Below, one piece after another: positions 1 through 10,016 of a DNA stretch of 64,000 nucleotides. Source of the stretch: an uncultured Acidimicrobiaceae bacterium (GTDB lineage Bacteria > Actinomycetota > Acidimicrobiia > Spongiisociales > UBA5794); contig CAYNHF010000051.1 of the NCBI GenBank assembly GCA_964397045.1, positions 24,928-88,927 on the forward strand, read 5' to 3'. The notes beneath the pieces were generated by a model, which was given only the letters and a program-made list of their open reading frames with translations, was not told the DNA's origin and ran no database searches. Each line of letters opens with the position of its first letter. Position 1 is the stretch's first letter. Position numbers and translations under genes: made by a program.

Positions 1-1
1 C

Positions 2-166
2 CTCCCACCCGGCGAGTTCGCGAACTTGATGCTGCGCGAAGGAGTGATTGTGCGGCCGCTCGGGGCCCTGGTTCGGGTGACGGTTGGACTTCCAGACGAG
101 AACGATCGCTTCCTTGCGGCACTCGACAGTGTCCTGGCAGGAGCGGGAACCGGAGGCTCCGCGTGA
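2..166 (+). CDS. Class I/II aminotransferase (HisC-like), C-terminal fragment; 5' end lies outside the window
   Basis: Frame from nt 2 reads ...GVIVRPLGALVRVTVGLPDENDRFLAALDSVLAG*, typical of histidinol-phosphate/aromatic aminotransferase C-termini. Its stop overlaps the GTG start of the next gene (GTGA). Confidence 0.5.
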   Translation, partial: LPPGEFANLMLREGVIVRPLGALVRVTVGLPDENDRFLAALDSVLAGAGTGGSA

Positions 167-2268
167 GCGACGCAGCCAAGCTCGAACTCGACCCGCGCCA
201 GATCATCACACCAGACGGGACACTCGTCGGCGAACCTCCAGACATCACAGACCAAGAAGCCGTCGACATGTACCGCCTCATGGTGTTGACCAGGCAACTC
301 GACCGCAAAGCGACCGCAGCGCAGCGCCAAGGCAGGCTCGGAACCTACGCGATGTCTGAGGGCCACGAGGCCGTGCACATCGGTTCTGCCCTGGCGTTCG
401 CTCCGGACGACTTCATCTACCCCGCCTATCGGCAGCACGGAGTGCAGGTAGCCCGGGGCATGCCGCCCGAGGTCGTCTACTCGTACTGGAGGGGCCTCCC
501 CAACGAGGAGTGGGACGTCGCCAGATACAACATGATGTCGATCGCGGTCCCCATTGCGAGCCAGATCCCCCAGGCGGTTGGGCACGCCTATGCGACTCGC
601 CGGCGGGGCGAGAACGTGGTGGTCGCGACGTACTTCGGGGACGGCGCCACCTCGGAGACCGACTTCCACTCCGGCCTCAACCAGGCAGGCGTGTGGAAGA
701 CGCCCAACGTCTTCATCTGCGAGAACAACTTGTACGCGATCTCAGTCCCCTACGAGAAGCAGACGGGCTCAGAGACGATCGCGCAGAAGGCACTGGCCTA
801 TGGCATGCACGGAGTCCGCGTCGACGGCATGGACGTGCTTGCCATGTACCAGGTGACCCGGGAAGCCGTGGCGCGGGCACGAGCAGGCGAAGGTCCGACC
901 CTCATCGAGGCCTTGTGCTTCCGCTACGGGCCCCACGCCACCGCAGACGACCCCAACCTCTATCGCGACGATGCCGAAGTGGCAGCCTGGCGTGCCAAGG
1001 ACCCGATCGACAGGTACCGCTCCTATCTCACCGCACGCGGCCTCTGGGATCCGGCAGATGACGGAGCGTTGGTTGCAGAGGGGGAAGCCACCTTCGGCCG
1101 CGCACTCGAGGCAATCGAGGCAATCCCCGAACCGGATAGGGCCAGCGTGGTACGTGATGCCTACGACAAGGTGCCGGATCTGTTGATCGACCAACTCCAC
1201 ACCATCCAACGCCGCGCCGGTGAACCCGAGACCGAGTTTGCCCCCAACGAACGTTGGCGGCTCGACCCCGACCCCGCACCCAATCCGAGCGCCCCCGCAA
1301 AAACGATGGCCACCGCTATCAACGAGGCCCTGCACGCTGCGATGGCTGCCAACGCAGACACCCTGCTGCTCGGCGAGGACGTCGGCGTGGCAGGTGGCGT
1401 TTTTCGGATCACTCAAGATCTCTACAACGAGTTCGGCGAGGGCCGAGTCATCGACACTCCGATCAACGAATCGGGCATCGTCGGCGCAGCGATCGGTATG
1501 GCGATCTCGGGAAGTAGGGCCATCGCCGAGATCCAGTTCGAAGGATTTGTCTACCCCGCTTTCGACCAGATCGTTTCCCACCTGGGCCGAATCCGGTTCC
1601 GCACCCGGGGCCACGCCTCGGTGCCGGTTGTCGTGCGGTTCCCCACCGGCGCGGGCATCGGCGCCCACGAACACCACTGTGACAGCCCCGAAGCCTTCTT
1701 CATGCACGCCCCCGGCCTGGTCGTCGTGGTCCCCTCGACCGCATATGACGCCAAGGGCCTGTTGACCGCGGCATTGCGAGGCGCTGATCCCGTCATCTTC
1801 ATGGAGCCGAAGGTGCTGTATCACGCCGCCAAGGACCCGGTCCCGGACGACAACTATGAGGTGCCGCTCGGCGTCGCCCGCACCCGACGCGCAGGAAGCG
1901 ACCTCACGCTCGTCACCTATGGAGGGATGGTGCCCGTTTCAGTGCGTGCGGCAGAAGCCGCGGCCGTCGAGGGGATGTCGGTGGAGATCATCGATCTGCG
2001 CACCATCTACCCCTGGGATGTCGAAGCGGTCGTCGCCAGCGTTGACCGAACCGGCCATCTGCTCGTAGTCCAGGAACCGCAGCGGACGGGCGGAGTCGCC
2101 GCCGAAGTCGCGGCGACCATCGCCGAGCGCTGCGGCTACTCGCTCGAAGCACCAATCCAAAGAGTGGGCGCTACCGACGCGCCGTGGCCGCAGTTCGCGA
2201 TCGAACGGCATGCACTCATCGACGAGGGGCAAGTGCTGGCTGCAATCCGCGAGACCGTCGCCGGCTGA
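163..2268 (+). CDS. 2-oxoacid (pyruvate/branched-chain/acetoin) dehydrogenase E1 component, fused alpha+beta subunits, TPP-dependent
   Basis: 701 aa. The N-terminal half is E1alpha-like (MYRLMVLTRQLDRK..GHEAVHIGSA..YRQHG) with a TPP-binding motif (GDGATSE). The C-terminal half is E1beta-like (TMATAINEALH...DVGVAGGVFRIT..RVIDTPINESGIVGAAIGMA, transketolase-like). A Pro/Ala-rich linker joins them around aa 365-385. Confidence 0.85.
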   Translation: MSDAAKLELDPRQIITPDGTLVGEPPDITDQEAVDMYRLMVLTRQLDRKATAAQRQGRLGTYAMSEGHEAVHIGSALAFAPDDFIYPAYRQHGVQVARGMPPEVVYSYWRGLPNEEWDVARYNMMSIAVPIASQIPQAVGHAYATRRRGENVVVATYFGDGATSETDFHSGLNQAGVWKTPNVFICENNLYAISVPYEKQTGSETIAQKALAYGMHGVRVDGMDVLAMYQVTREAVARARAGEGPTLIEALCFRYGPHATADDPNLYRDDAEVAAWRAKDPIDRYRSYLTARGLWDPADDGALVAEGEATFGRALEAIEAIPEPDRASVVRDAYDKVPDLLIDQLHTIQRRAGEPETEFAPNERWRLDPDPAPNPSAPAKTMATAINEALHAAMAANADTLLLGEDVGVAGGVFRITQDLYNEFGEGRVIDTPINESGIVGAAIGMAISGSRAIAEIQFEGFVYPAFDQIVSHLGRIRFRTRGHASVPVVVRFPTGAGIGAHEHHCDSPEAFFMHAPGLVVVVPSTAYDAKGLLTAALRGADPVIFMEPKVLYHAAKDPVPDDNYEVPLGVARTRRAGSDLTLVTYGGMVPVSVRAAEAAAVEGMSVEIIDLRTIYPWDVEAVVASVDRTGHLLVVQEPQRTGGVAAEVAATIAERCGYSLEAPIQRVGATDAPWPQFAIERHALIDEGQVLAAIRETVAG

Positions 2269-2763
2269 CATCGCACCCCTGCATTACGTCCTCGGACTGG
2301 TTCGCTGCGAGCGCCAAGACGGCCAGTCAAACATGCCAGACGCGACGAAACCCGCACAAGTGCGGGATTCCGTCGAGAAGGAGAACGTCCGGCGGCTTGG
2401 ATCACCTCAGCCTATTGCTTTGGTTACTGCCGTCCGTTCCATATCGGTTGTGCGACGGGAGTGGCCGGGCCACCGTCCGTCTGGGAACTGTGTGGGGCCT
2501 CGTGTGAGGTCCCGCCCGGTCACCCACCACAAGTATCGGTCGAAGCGGCCGAGAGTTGAGCGAGCTCGGGCAAAATGAGTCGCTCGACCTATTGGCGCCC
2601 CCTGGACGAAAAGCTGGTCGTGCCAGGGGTTTCGGGTCTGCTTTCGAGGTACCAACGTTCCACCGTGTATCGAGCGCTTCACGATGGTGGGGCAAATCGG
2701 CCGGCCGCTTTTCGACGGCTGCGGAGAGATTCGCGATACCACCCGAGGATCTATCCTCGGCAC

Positions 2764-4536
2764 ATGACCGTCTACCGAGCTCCGTTGCAGGACATCGAGT
2801 TCCTCTATCGCTACGTCCTGGATCTCGCCGGCATCTGCGAACTGCCTAGTTTCGAACATGTCGAGCCGGATCTCGTGTCCGGCATTCTCGAGGAAGCAGC
2901 CAGGTTCATGGAGGAAGTCGTGGCCCCGACCAATCGGATCGGCGACACGGTCGGGGCGATCCACAATGAAGACGGGTCGGTCACTATGCCGCCGGAGATT
3001 CGTGCTGCCTACGCCAAATACGTGGCCGCGGGTTGGAACGCCGTCACGGGCTCAGCCGAATATGGAGGCCACCAATTCCCCGGGCTGGTGGCCATCGCCA
3101 CCCAAGAGATGATGACGACGGCGAACATGGCGCTCTCGCTGAACCCGATGTTGACCGCCAGCACGATCCTGGCGCTCGAACAGCACGGCTCGGATGAGCA
3201 GAAAGCACGGTATCTGGAGAAGCTCATCAGCGGTGAGTGGACCGGAACCATGGTGCTGACCGAACCGGAGGCAGGGTCCGATGTCGGGGCACTCACTACG
3301 AAAGCGGAACCGGCGGAAGACGGCACCTGGCACCTCACGGGCAACAAGATCTTCATTACATGGGGTGAGCACGACGTCGCCGAGAACATCATCCACCTCG
3401 TCCTGGCACGCACCCCCGGGGCGCCGCCCGGCACCCGGGGCATCTCGCTCTTCCTGGTACCGAAGTTCCTTGTAGAGGCCGACGGCACTCTCGGTGCCCG
3501 CAACGACGTGACCTGCGTGTCCCTGGAGCACAAGATCGGCATCCACGCCTCCCCGACCTGCGTATTGGCCTTCGGTGAACAGGCCGGAGCGGTTGCGTAC
3601 CTGGTCGGCGAGGAGCACCACGGAATGCGAGCGATGTTCACCATGATGAACGATGCCCGCCTGAAGATCGGGGTCGAGGGGCTCGCAATCTCGGAGCGCG
3701 CTTACCAGCACGCGTTGGAATTCGCGGGCGAACGCGCCCAGGGGGCTGCTCCCGGAGAGCCACCTGGAACGGCGTCGCCCATCATCGAGCACCCGGACGT
3801 GCGAAGGATGCTGCTGACGATGAAGTCGAACGTCGAGGCGATGCGAGCCCTGATGTACGACACCGCGGCTTCGCTCGATGTCTCCCGCCACCATCCAGAT
3901 CCGGCAGTCGCCGCTGTTGCCGCCGGTCGGGCCGAATTACTGACGCCAATCGCGAAAGCATGGGGATCGGACCTCGGGGTCGAAATGACCTCGCTTGCCA
4001 TCCAGGTGCTCGGCGGCATGGGGTATGTCGAGGAAAGCGGGGCTGGACAACTGTGGCGCGACTCTCGAATCGCCCCCATCTATGAGGGAACCAATGGAAT
4101 CCAGGCAATCGACCTCGTCATGCGCAAGCTGCCGATGGACGAAGGGGCAGTCATCACCGGCTTCCTCCTCGATGTAGAGGCGGTAGCCGTCGCCCTACGC
4201 GCCGCGAGCGCGACCGACAGACTCGGAGACGTGCTGGCTGCAGCCGTCGCCGATGTTGCTGCTGCTACTGCATGGCTTGCGACCCGATCTGACGCCACCG
4301 ATCGGCTCGCCGGGGCTACGCCATACCTTCGCATGTTGGGGATCGTGGCAGGCGGCTACTACCTCGGCCGCAGCGCCCTGGCTGCGGCAGCTGCAGGCGA
4401 ACACGTCGCGTTCCACCACGAGAAGGTGGAGACGGCACGCTTCTACATCGAGCAGATCGTCCCCCAGGCAGCAGGTCTGCGCCCCGCAGTCGAAGCCGGA
4501 GCCCCGGCCCTCTACGCCACCCCGTTGGCCGATTGA
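2764..4536 (+). CDS. Acyl-CoA dehydrogenase, long FadE/AidB-like type
   Basis: The N-terminus MTVYRAPLQDIEFLYRYVLDL is a FadE-type lead-in. The ACAD middle domain reads GTMVLTEPEAGSDVGALTTKAEP..W.LTGNKIFIT, followed by a C-terminal ACAD helical domain. The in-frame upstream extension 2575-2763 has low GC3 and is not coding. Confidence 0.85.
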   Translation: MTVYRAPLQDIEFLYRYVLDLAGICELPSFEHVEPDLVSGILEEAARFMEEVVAPTNRIGDTVGAIHNEDGSVTMPPEIRAAYAKYVAAGWNAVTGSAEYGGHQFPGLVAIATQEMMTTANMALSLNPMLTASTILALEQHGSDEQKARYLEKLISGEWTGTMVLTEPEAGSDVGALTTKAEPAEDGTWHLTGNKIFITWGEHDVAENIIHLVLARTPGAPPGTRGISLFLVPKFLVEADGTLGARNDVTCVSLEHKIGIHASPTCVLAFGEQAGAVAYLVGEEHHGMRAMFTMMNDARLKIGVEGLAISERAYQHALEFAGERAQGAAPGEPPGTASPIIEHPDVRRMLLTMKSNVEAMRALMYDTAASLDVSRHHPDPAVAAVAAGRAELLTPIAKAWGSDLGVEMTSLAIQVLGGMGYVEESGAGQLWRDSRIAPIYEGTNGIQAIDLVMRKLPMDEGAVITGFLLDVEAVAVALRAASATDRLGDVLAAAVADVAAATAWLATRSDATDRLAGATPYLRMLGIVAGGYYLGRSALAAAAAGEHVAFHHEKVETARFYIEQIVPQAAGLRPAVEAGAPALYATPLAD

Positions 4537-4546
4537 CCGGGGTTCC

Positions 4547-5596
4547 ATGCGCAGGGTGATCAACGGGTTCCTCTGGACGCTCGGAGTCGGCGCGGCCGTT
4601 GCCGCCCTAGTGCGACCCGACCGCAGCACGCGAACCGTCCAGCAAGAGCCCAGCGGGCCGAAGGCGACGCCACCCGGGGGCGGCGGCTCCACCGAGGCGG
4701 CGGTCGCGGAAGCGACGCAGGAGAACACGGTGACCGGGCGGTTGCTCAAGCAGACCCAGCCGCAGCGCAGCTACCTGCAGCGCCTCGGCGGCGAGATCCG
4801 GGAGGACAATGTCACCCTGATCGCGGGGAGTATGTCGTACTACGGAATGCTCGCTCTGTTCCCGGCGATGATCGCCGCAGTCTCGATCTACGGCCTCGTC
4901 TTCAACCCGGACGACCTCGCCGAGCAACTGGAGCGGATAGCAGAGGTGCTTCCGGCCGCGGCGACCACCATCATCACCGAGCAGCTGATCGAGATCACGG
5001 ACGCCTCCGCAACCGGCCTGCGATTCAGTGTGGTCGTGGCGATCCTCATCTCGCTCTATACGGCTTCTGCCGGGGTGCGGGCTCTCATCAAGGGCCTCAA
5101 CGTCGCCTACGACGTAACAGAGGATCGGTCCTTCGCCACCGTCCGTGCTCTCGCATACGGCATCACCTTCGGTGCGATCATCGCCATCGTGGCTGCGATG
5201 GCGATCATCATCTTTCTTCCCGTCTGGCTGGATTCGGTCGGATTCGGAGACGGGGGTGCGCTTGCCGATCTCATCGTGCTGCCGCTGGCCTTCGTGGTGG
5301 CCGTCGCCGGCCTCAATGTGTTGTATCGCGTCGCCCCGAGCCGCCACCCGATCTACTCGCGCTGGGCATCAGCCGGTTCGGTCGTAGCTGCCGCCGGCTG
5401 GATCTTGGCAACAGCAGGCTTGTCGATCTACATCAGCCGGTCCAGCAACCTCAACGCCACCTACGGCACGCTGACCGGTGTCATCGTGCTGCTGCTGTGG
5501 TTCTTCCTCTCGGGCTTTGCGGTGCTCGTAGGAGCCGAGGTGAACGCACTGACCGAGAATCGTCGAGCTGTTATGCACGCGCAAGACACCGGCTGA
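4547..5596 (+). CDS. YihY/BrkB (ribonuclease BN-like) family inner-membrane protein
   Basis: Six or more hydrophobic helices and the family-typical LAGSMSYYGMLALFP motif. The ATG at 4547 follows the ACAD stop. Confidence 0.7.
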   Translation: MRRVINGFLWTLGVGAAVAALVRPDRSTRTVQQEPSGPKATPPGGGGSTEAAVAEATQENTVTGRLLKQTQPQRSYLQRLGGEIREDNVTLIAGSMSYYGMLALFPAMIAAVSIYGLVFNPDDLAEQLERIAEVLPAAATTIITEQLIEITDASATGLRFSVVVAILISLYTASAGVRALIKGLNVAYDVTEDRSFATVRALAYGITFGAIIAIVAAMAIIIFLPVWLDSVGFGDGGALADLIVLPLAFVVAVAGLNVLYRVAPSRHPIYSRWASAGSVVAAAGWILATAGLSIYISRSSNLNATYGTLTGVIVLLLWFFLSGFAVLVGAEVNALTENRRAVMHAQDTG

Positions 5597-5616
5597 AGCG
5601 AGGGCACTGCGGGAGC

Positions 5617-6504
5617 TCAGTCCGAGGGCCTCCGGTAGACCCTGATCGTCGGGTAGGCCAGGGTCACCGATGGCTCTTCCGAGATGCCATCGAGGAGGCG
5701 GCGCCAGACTTCATCGTTGACCTTGCGTCGCTCCCACGGCTGCACGAGGAGTCGCGCCGTGAGCTGCACGCCGCTCTCTTCGACGTTCACATAGACGGAG
5801 GGTTCGACCTGCTTGGCCGTGATGTAGTACTCCTGTCTGGCATCCTTCATCTGCTGGGCGGCTCGCACCACTTCCTCCGAGACGCGATGGCCCGCGAGCA
5901 CCGCCAGCATCATCTCCTCCGCTCGTCGCCAATCGGACTCGAAGGTCACCAACAGTGGAATCTCATGCCAGATGTAGTCGAAGCCGAGGGTGTAGTTGGC
6001 CATGTGGACCCGGAACAACTGAGCATTGGGCACATGAATGAGCCGCCCCGTCGGCTGATCCCCACCGACCCATCCCTCGATCTCCAGCAGCGTGAAACGG
6101 AACATCCGAATGTCGACCACATCGCCGGCGTCTCCCCCGATCTCGACCCGATCTCCAATCGCAAACGGCTTGCGGGTCATCACGTAGACCCAGCCGGCCA
6201 TATTGATGAAGACGTCGGCAAGAGCCACCGCCAGACCCGCGGTGATGAGCCCCAGGAAGGTGCCCATGTCGGTGAACAGATCCGCCCAGATCCGGGCGAT
6301 CGCCACGACGATGATCACGGTGGCGCCGTAGGTCGTCCCTTTCCGAATCCGATAGAGCGTGTCGGGATCTGTGGTCCGCTTGTTGGCAGCCCGAATGATC
6401 GCCCACCTCGCGAGGAGCGTCACGACGATCGCGACCACCGTCCAGATCACCTGCCATGCAGTGTGGGTGGACGTGTTGAGGGTGTCGGCGAGTTGTTCGA
6501 TCAT
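5617..6504 (-). CDS. Small-conductance mechanosensitive channel (MscS family)
   Basis: Three N-terminal TM helices, then the MscS beta-domain signature (FAIGDRVEIGGDAGDVVDIRMFRFTLLEIEGW..LIHVPNAQL). Confidence 0.8.
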   Translation of the reverse strand: MIEQLADTLNTSTHTAWQVIWTVVAIVVTLLARWAIIRAANKRTTDPDTLYRIRKGTTYGATVIIVVAIARIWADLFTDMGTFLGLITAGLAVALADVFINMAGWVYVMTRKPFAIGDRVEIGGDAGDVVDIRMFRFTLLEIEGWVGGDQPTGRLIHVPNAQLFRVHMANYTLGFDYIWHEIPLLVTFESDWRRAEEMMLAVLAGHRVSEEVVRAAQQMKDARQEYYITAKQVEPSVYVNVEESGVQLTARLLVQPWERRKVNDEVWRRLLDGISEEPSVTLAYPTIRVYRRPSD

Positions 6505-6570
6505 CGTTGCTCCACGGCGCCTGCGCCCGCGAGCGTACTCGTGCCACCCGAGGAAGACCCAGCCCCGACC

Positions 6571-7470
6571 TCAGCCGAGCAGATGCGCCAACGCGACCCC
6601 GAGGTCCGGATATGTCCAGCTAAAGCCGGCGTTCTGCAGCTTCGCCGGATCGAGTCGAATGCTCGAGTAGCCGATCGTCTCCGCAGCCTCGGTGCCCATC
6701 ACAGCCTTGAGAGCGGTCCGGGGGACGCGGAGCCAACTCGGCCGCCCGAGGACGTCGCCCAACGTGTTCGAGAACTCTTCGTTGCGTACCGGGTTGGGGG
6801 TACCGAGGTTGACCGGACCTGCGAGATCGCCGTCGATGAGGAAACGAAGGGCACGAACCTGGTCTTCGAGTGTCACCCAACTCCACCACTGGCGCCCATT
6901 GCTGATCGGACCACCGAGTCCGACCTTGAAGAGCGGAACCAGCCTTCCGAGCAGCTGGGTTCCCGGGATGAGGACGAGTCCCGTTCGCGGATGGACCACC
7001 CGGATCCCTGCAGCACGGGCCGGTTCCGCCGCTTCCTCCCATGCAGCAGTGACCCTCACACTGAAGTCGGTGTCCGGGCCGCGGGTCGCACTCTCGTCGA
7101 GTACCTCGTCGCCGCGGTCGCCGTAGTACCCCATCGCCGACTGGCTGACGAAGGTGGCCGGCGGATTCGGCTGCACCACCATTGCGTCTGCGAGCAGCTT
7201 CGTGGTGCCGATCCTGCTGTCCCAGATGAGCTGTTTTCGTGCTTCGGTCCAGCGTTTGTCTCCGATCGGCGCGCCTGCGAGGTTGACCGCGGCGTCGACT
7301 CCCTCGAGTGCCGCTGCATCCAGGGCTCCGGCAGGTGGATCCCACTGATAGCGGTCGGGGGAGGGGTGAGGACGTCGGTCGAGCCCGACAACTGACACCC
7401 CATCCGCAGCCAGCGAAGACGCCAGCGCGGTACCTAGTACACCGGACATACCGGCGATCAACACGCGCAT
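6571..7470 (-). CDS. TIGR01777/YfcH-type NAD-dependent epimerase/dehydratase family protein (SDR39U1-like)
   Basis: MRVLIAGMSGVLGTALASSL Rossmann N-terminus and a C-terminal DUF1731-like segment. The ORF track extends the start to 7506; the in-frame ATG at 7470 fits the Rossmann motif better. Confidence 0.7.
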   Translation of the reverse strand: MRVLIAGMSGVLGTALASSLAADGVSVVGLDRRPHPSPDRYQWDPPAGALDAAALEGVDAAVNLAGAPIGDKRWTEARKQLIWDSRIGTTKLLADAMVVQPNPPATFVSQSAMGYYGDRGDEVLDESATRGPDTDFSVRVTAAWEEAAEPARAAGIRVVHPRTGLVLIPGTQLLGRLVPLFKVGLGGPISNGRQWWSWVTLEDQVRALRFLIDGDLAGPVNLGTPNPVRNEEFSNTLGDVLGRPSWLRVPRTALKAVMGTEAAETIGYSSIRLDPAKLQNAGFSWTYPDLGVALAHLLG

Positions 7471-7626
7471 CACGTTGTTATAGGCAAGTGGGTGCCGGTA
7501 TACCAAAGCGGCGGTGCAACGTCGAACTCGCTGTTTGGTGACCGATCGCGGCTATGTTGAGGGCAGCGGCGCCACCGATGAGCATGCCGCGTGACCTCCC
7601 CCTGATCGACTGCGAGTCCCCTGAAC

Positions 7627-8892
7627 GTGACTACGACCGAAGACCACGACACCCCCGCGCCGGCTCGGCCGGCGACATTTGAGTCACTCGGCGTCGACGC
7701 CGACCTCGTAGCGGTACTCGACGAACGGGGGATCTCTTCCCCCTTCCCCATCCAGGAGTTGACGATCCCGGATGCGCTGTCCGGCAGTGACATCACCGGC
7801 AAAGCCGAGACGGGAAGCGGCAAGACCCTGGCGTTCGGTTTGCCCATGGTGCAGCAAATGCAGCAGGCCAGGAAAGGAGCGCCGCGCGGCCTCGTGCTGG
7901 TGCCGACCCGCGAGCTTGCCAATCAGGTGGCACAGGAGCTCGAGCCACTGCTTGCAGTGAAGAACATGCGCCTCGCATCCGTATACGGAGGCGCTTCGAT
8001 GGGTCGCCAGATCGACCGGATCGAAAAGGGTGTCGAAATCATCGTCGCCACGCCGGGCCGGCTCATCGACCTCCTCGAACGGAGGGTCGTGACGCTCGAT
8101 GCAGTCGAGCAGGTCACAATCGACGAGGCAGACCAGATGGCGGACATGGGATTCCTTCCCCAGGTCAGACGGATCATGCGCCACGTCAACGACGATCACC
8201 AGACAATGTTGTACTCGGCGACGCTCGATGGTCAGGTAGGCACGCTCATCAGTGCCTACATGTCTGATCCAGTGGAACATGAGGTCGAAACTGAGTCGCA
8301 AGCGATCGACACCATGGAGCAGCGGTTCCTGAAGGTGCACTACATGGACAAGGTGAAGGTGACCTCGGCGATTGCTGCGGGAGAGGACCGGACGCTCGTC
8401 TTCGTACGCACCAAACACGCATGCGACAGGGTGGCGCGGGACCTGCGGGCGGAGGGCGTCGGGGCCAAAGCGATCCACGGTGATCTCCCCCAGCGCAAAC
8501 GCGAGGAAGCACTCGGTTCGTTCTCAGCCGGGCGCACCCCGGTGCTCGTGGCCACCAACGTTGCCGCCCGAGGACTCCATGTGGACGGGGTGGACGTGGT
8601 GGTCCACTACGACCCACCAGACGACCCGAAGACGTATCTGCATCGCTCGGGCCGCACAGCCCGCGCTGGTGAGAGCGGTCTCGTGGTCACCCTGGTGGAG
8701 TGGGACCAGGTCAACGAGGTCATCGGCATTCAGCGGCGAGCAGGGCTCAACCTCCCGATCGTCAAAATGTTCTCCAACGACCCGCGACTCTCCGACCTCT
8801 CGTCCTGGGAACCAGACGAAAAGCCCCCAATGCAGAATCGGACGGCAGGCACTGCAGCTGCCAAGACCAAACGGCGCCGGCGCCGCATCTGA
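7627..8892 (+). CDS. DEAD-box ATP-dependent RNA helicase
   Basis: Q-motif (F..LGV...ISSPFPIQ), Walker A (AETGSGKT), DEAD (TIDEAD), SAT, HRSGRTARAG, and a basic C-terminal tail. Confidence 0.9.
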   Translation: MTTTEDHDTPAPARPATFESLGVDADLVAVLDERGISSPFPIQELTIPDALSGSDITGKAETGSGKTLAFGLPMVQQMQQARKGAPRGLVLVPTRELANQVAQELEPLLAVKNMRLASVYGGASMGRQIDRIEKGVEIIVATPGRLIDLLERRVVTLDAVEQVTIDEADQMADMGFLPQVRRIMRHVNDDHQTMLYSATLDGQVGTLISAYMSDPVEHEVETESQAIDTMEQRFLKVHYMDKVKVTSAIAAGEDRTLVFVRTKHACDRVARDLRAEGVGAKAIHGDLPQRKREEALGSFSAGRTPVLVATNVAARGLHVDGVDVVVHYDPPDDPKTYLHRSGRTARAGESGLVVTLVEWDQVNEVIGIQRRAGLNLPIVKMFSNDPRLSDLSSWEPDEKPPMQNRTAGTAAAKTKRRRRRI

Positions 8893-8966
8893 CCCCATCT
8901 GATCGAGTGGGGGCTTCCCGGCGGTAGCATCACACCGAAGGCTGCACACGAACGAAGGACACCACC

Positions 8967-9476
<510 letters not shown>

Positions 9477-9518
9477 GTCGCCACCACCGCGCCTCAGTGA
9501 GGGGAACCGGACCTAGCA

Positions 9519-9566
9519 AGAAGTGAGGGGAGCGCACCCGCGCTCCCCTCACTTCTTTGGTTTTGC
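9519..9566. terminator. Bidirectional intrinsic terminator between convergent ppiB and whiB
   Basis: Perfect 17-bp stem (AGAAGTGAGGGGAGCGC / GCGCTCCCCTCACTTCT) with a 4-nt loop ACCC, followed by TTGGTTTTG. It lies between the stops of two convergent genes. Confidence 0.75.
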
Positions 9567-9572
9567 TCGGAG

Positions 9573-9854
9573 TCAGCTGGCCCTGCGCTGCCGATCCCGC
9601 AGCCGACGGCGCAGACGACGCCGTTCGGTGCCGGTCATGCCGCCCCAAACCCCTTCCGTCTGATTGGTGGAAAGGGCGTACGCGAGGCACTCATCCTTCA
9701 CTGGACATGCGGCGCATACTTGCTTGGCCAACTCGATCTTTGGGTCTTCCTCCGCGACGGGGAAGAAGAACTCTGTGCCGGAACCGGCGCACGCGGCATC
9801 ATCCCGCCAGCTCTCGTCCGGCTCCCAAAGCGGGTCGCTGAGGGCCATCACCAT
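9573..9854 (-). CDS. WhiB-family Fe-S transcriptional regulator
   Basis: Four Cys spaced as in WhiB (C..x..C..C.....C: DDAACAGSG...QVCAACPVKDEC), a GVWGG turn, and a basic C-tail. Confidence 0.85.
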   Translation of the reverse strand: MVMALSDPLWEPDESWRDDAACAGSGTEFFFPVAEEDPKIELAKQVCAACPVKDECLAYALSTNQTEGVWGGMTGTERRRLRRRLRDRQRRAS

Positions 9855-10016
9855 TTCGTATCACTCACAATCTCGGCCGGAACCATATCAACGTCGGAAG
9901 GGGTGACTTTGTTCCAGAACCGCCCGGAAGTCAATAGAAGATCGTCGAATTCTTCAACTGTTTCGGAGCAGACCGCGGCCGCGGATGACCTCGGTCACTC
10001 CAGAGCGGAGCCGCCG

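Noticed and set aside
2395-2412. GGATCACCTC, a 10-mer identical to the 3' end of 16S rRNA
   Set aside because: The following bases (AGCCTATTGC) diverge from CCTTTCT, and there is no upstream rRNA-like sequence. A 10-mer match is expected by chance about once in ten 64-kb double-stranded windows.
2575-2763. In-frame 63-codon N-terminal extension of the acyl-CoA dehydrogenase ORF
   Set aside because: GC3 is low and the peptide is R-rich (agt, tat, ggt, cga codons), unlike the rest of the gene. MTVYRAPLQDIEF at 2764 matches the FadE-type N-terminus.
5497-7395. 632-aa plus-strand ORF, and similar long ORFs 769-1824(-), 15898-17032(+), 20162-21325(-), 21627-22736(-), 59153-59905(-)
   Set aside because: These are antisense shadow ORFs over well-supported genes (MscS/epimerase, E1, CaCA, P-type ATPase, thioesterase). 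They are R/G/P-rich and low-complexity with the wrong GC3 phase, as is typical of high-GC genomes.
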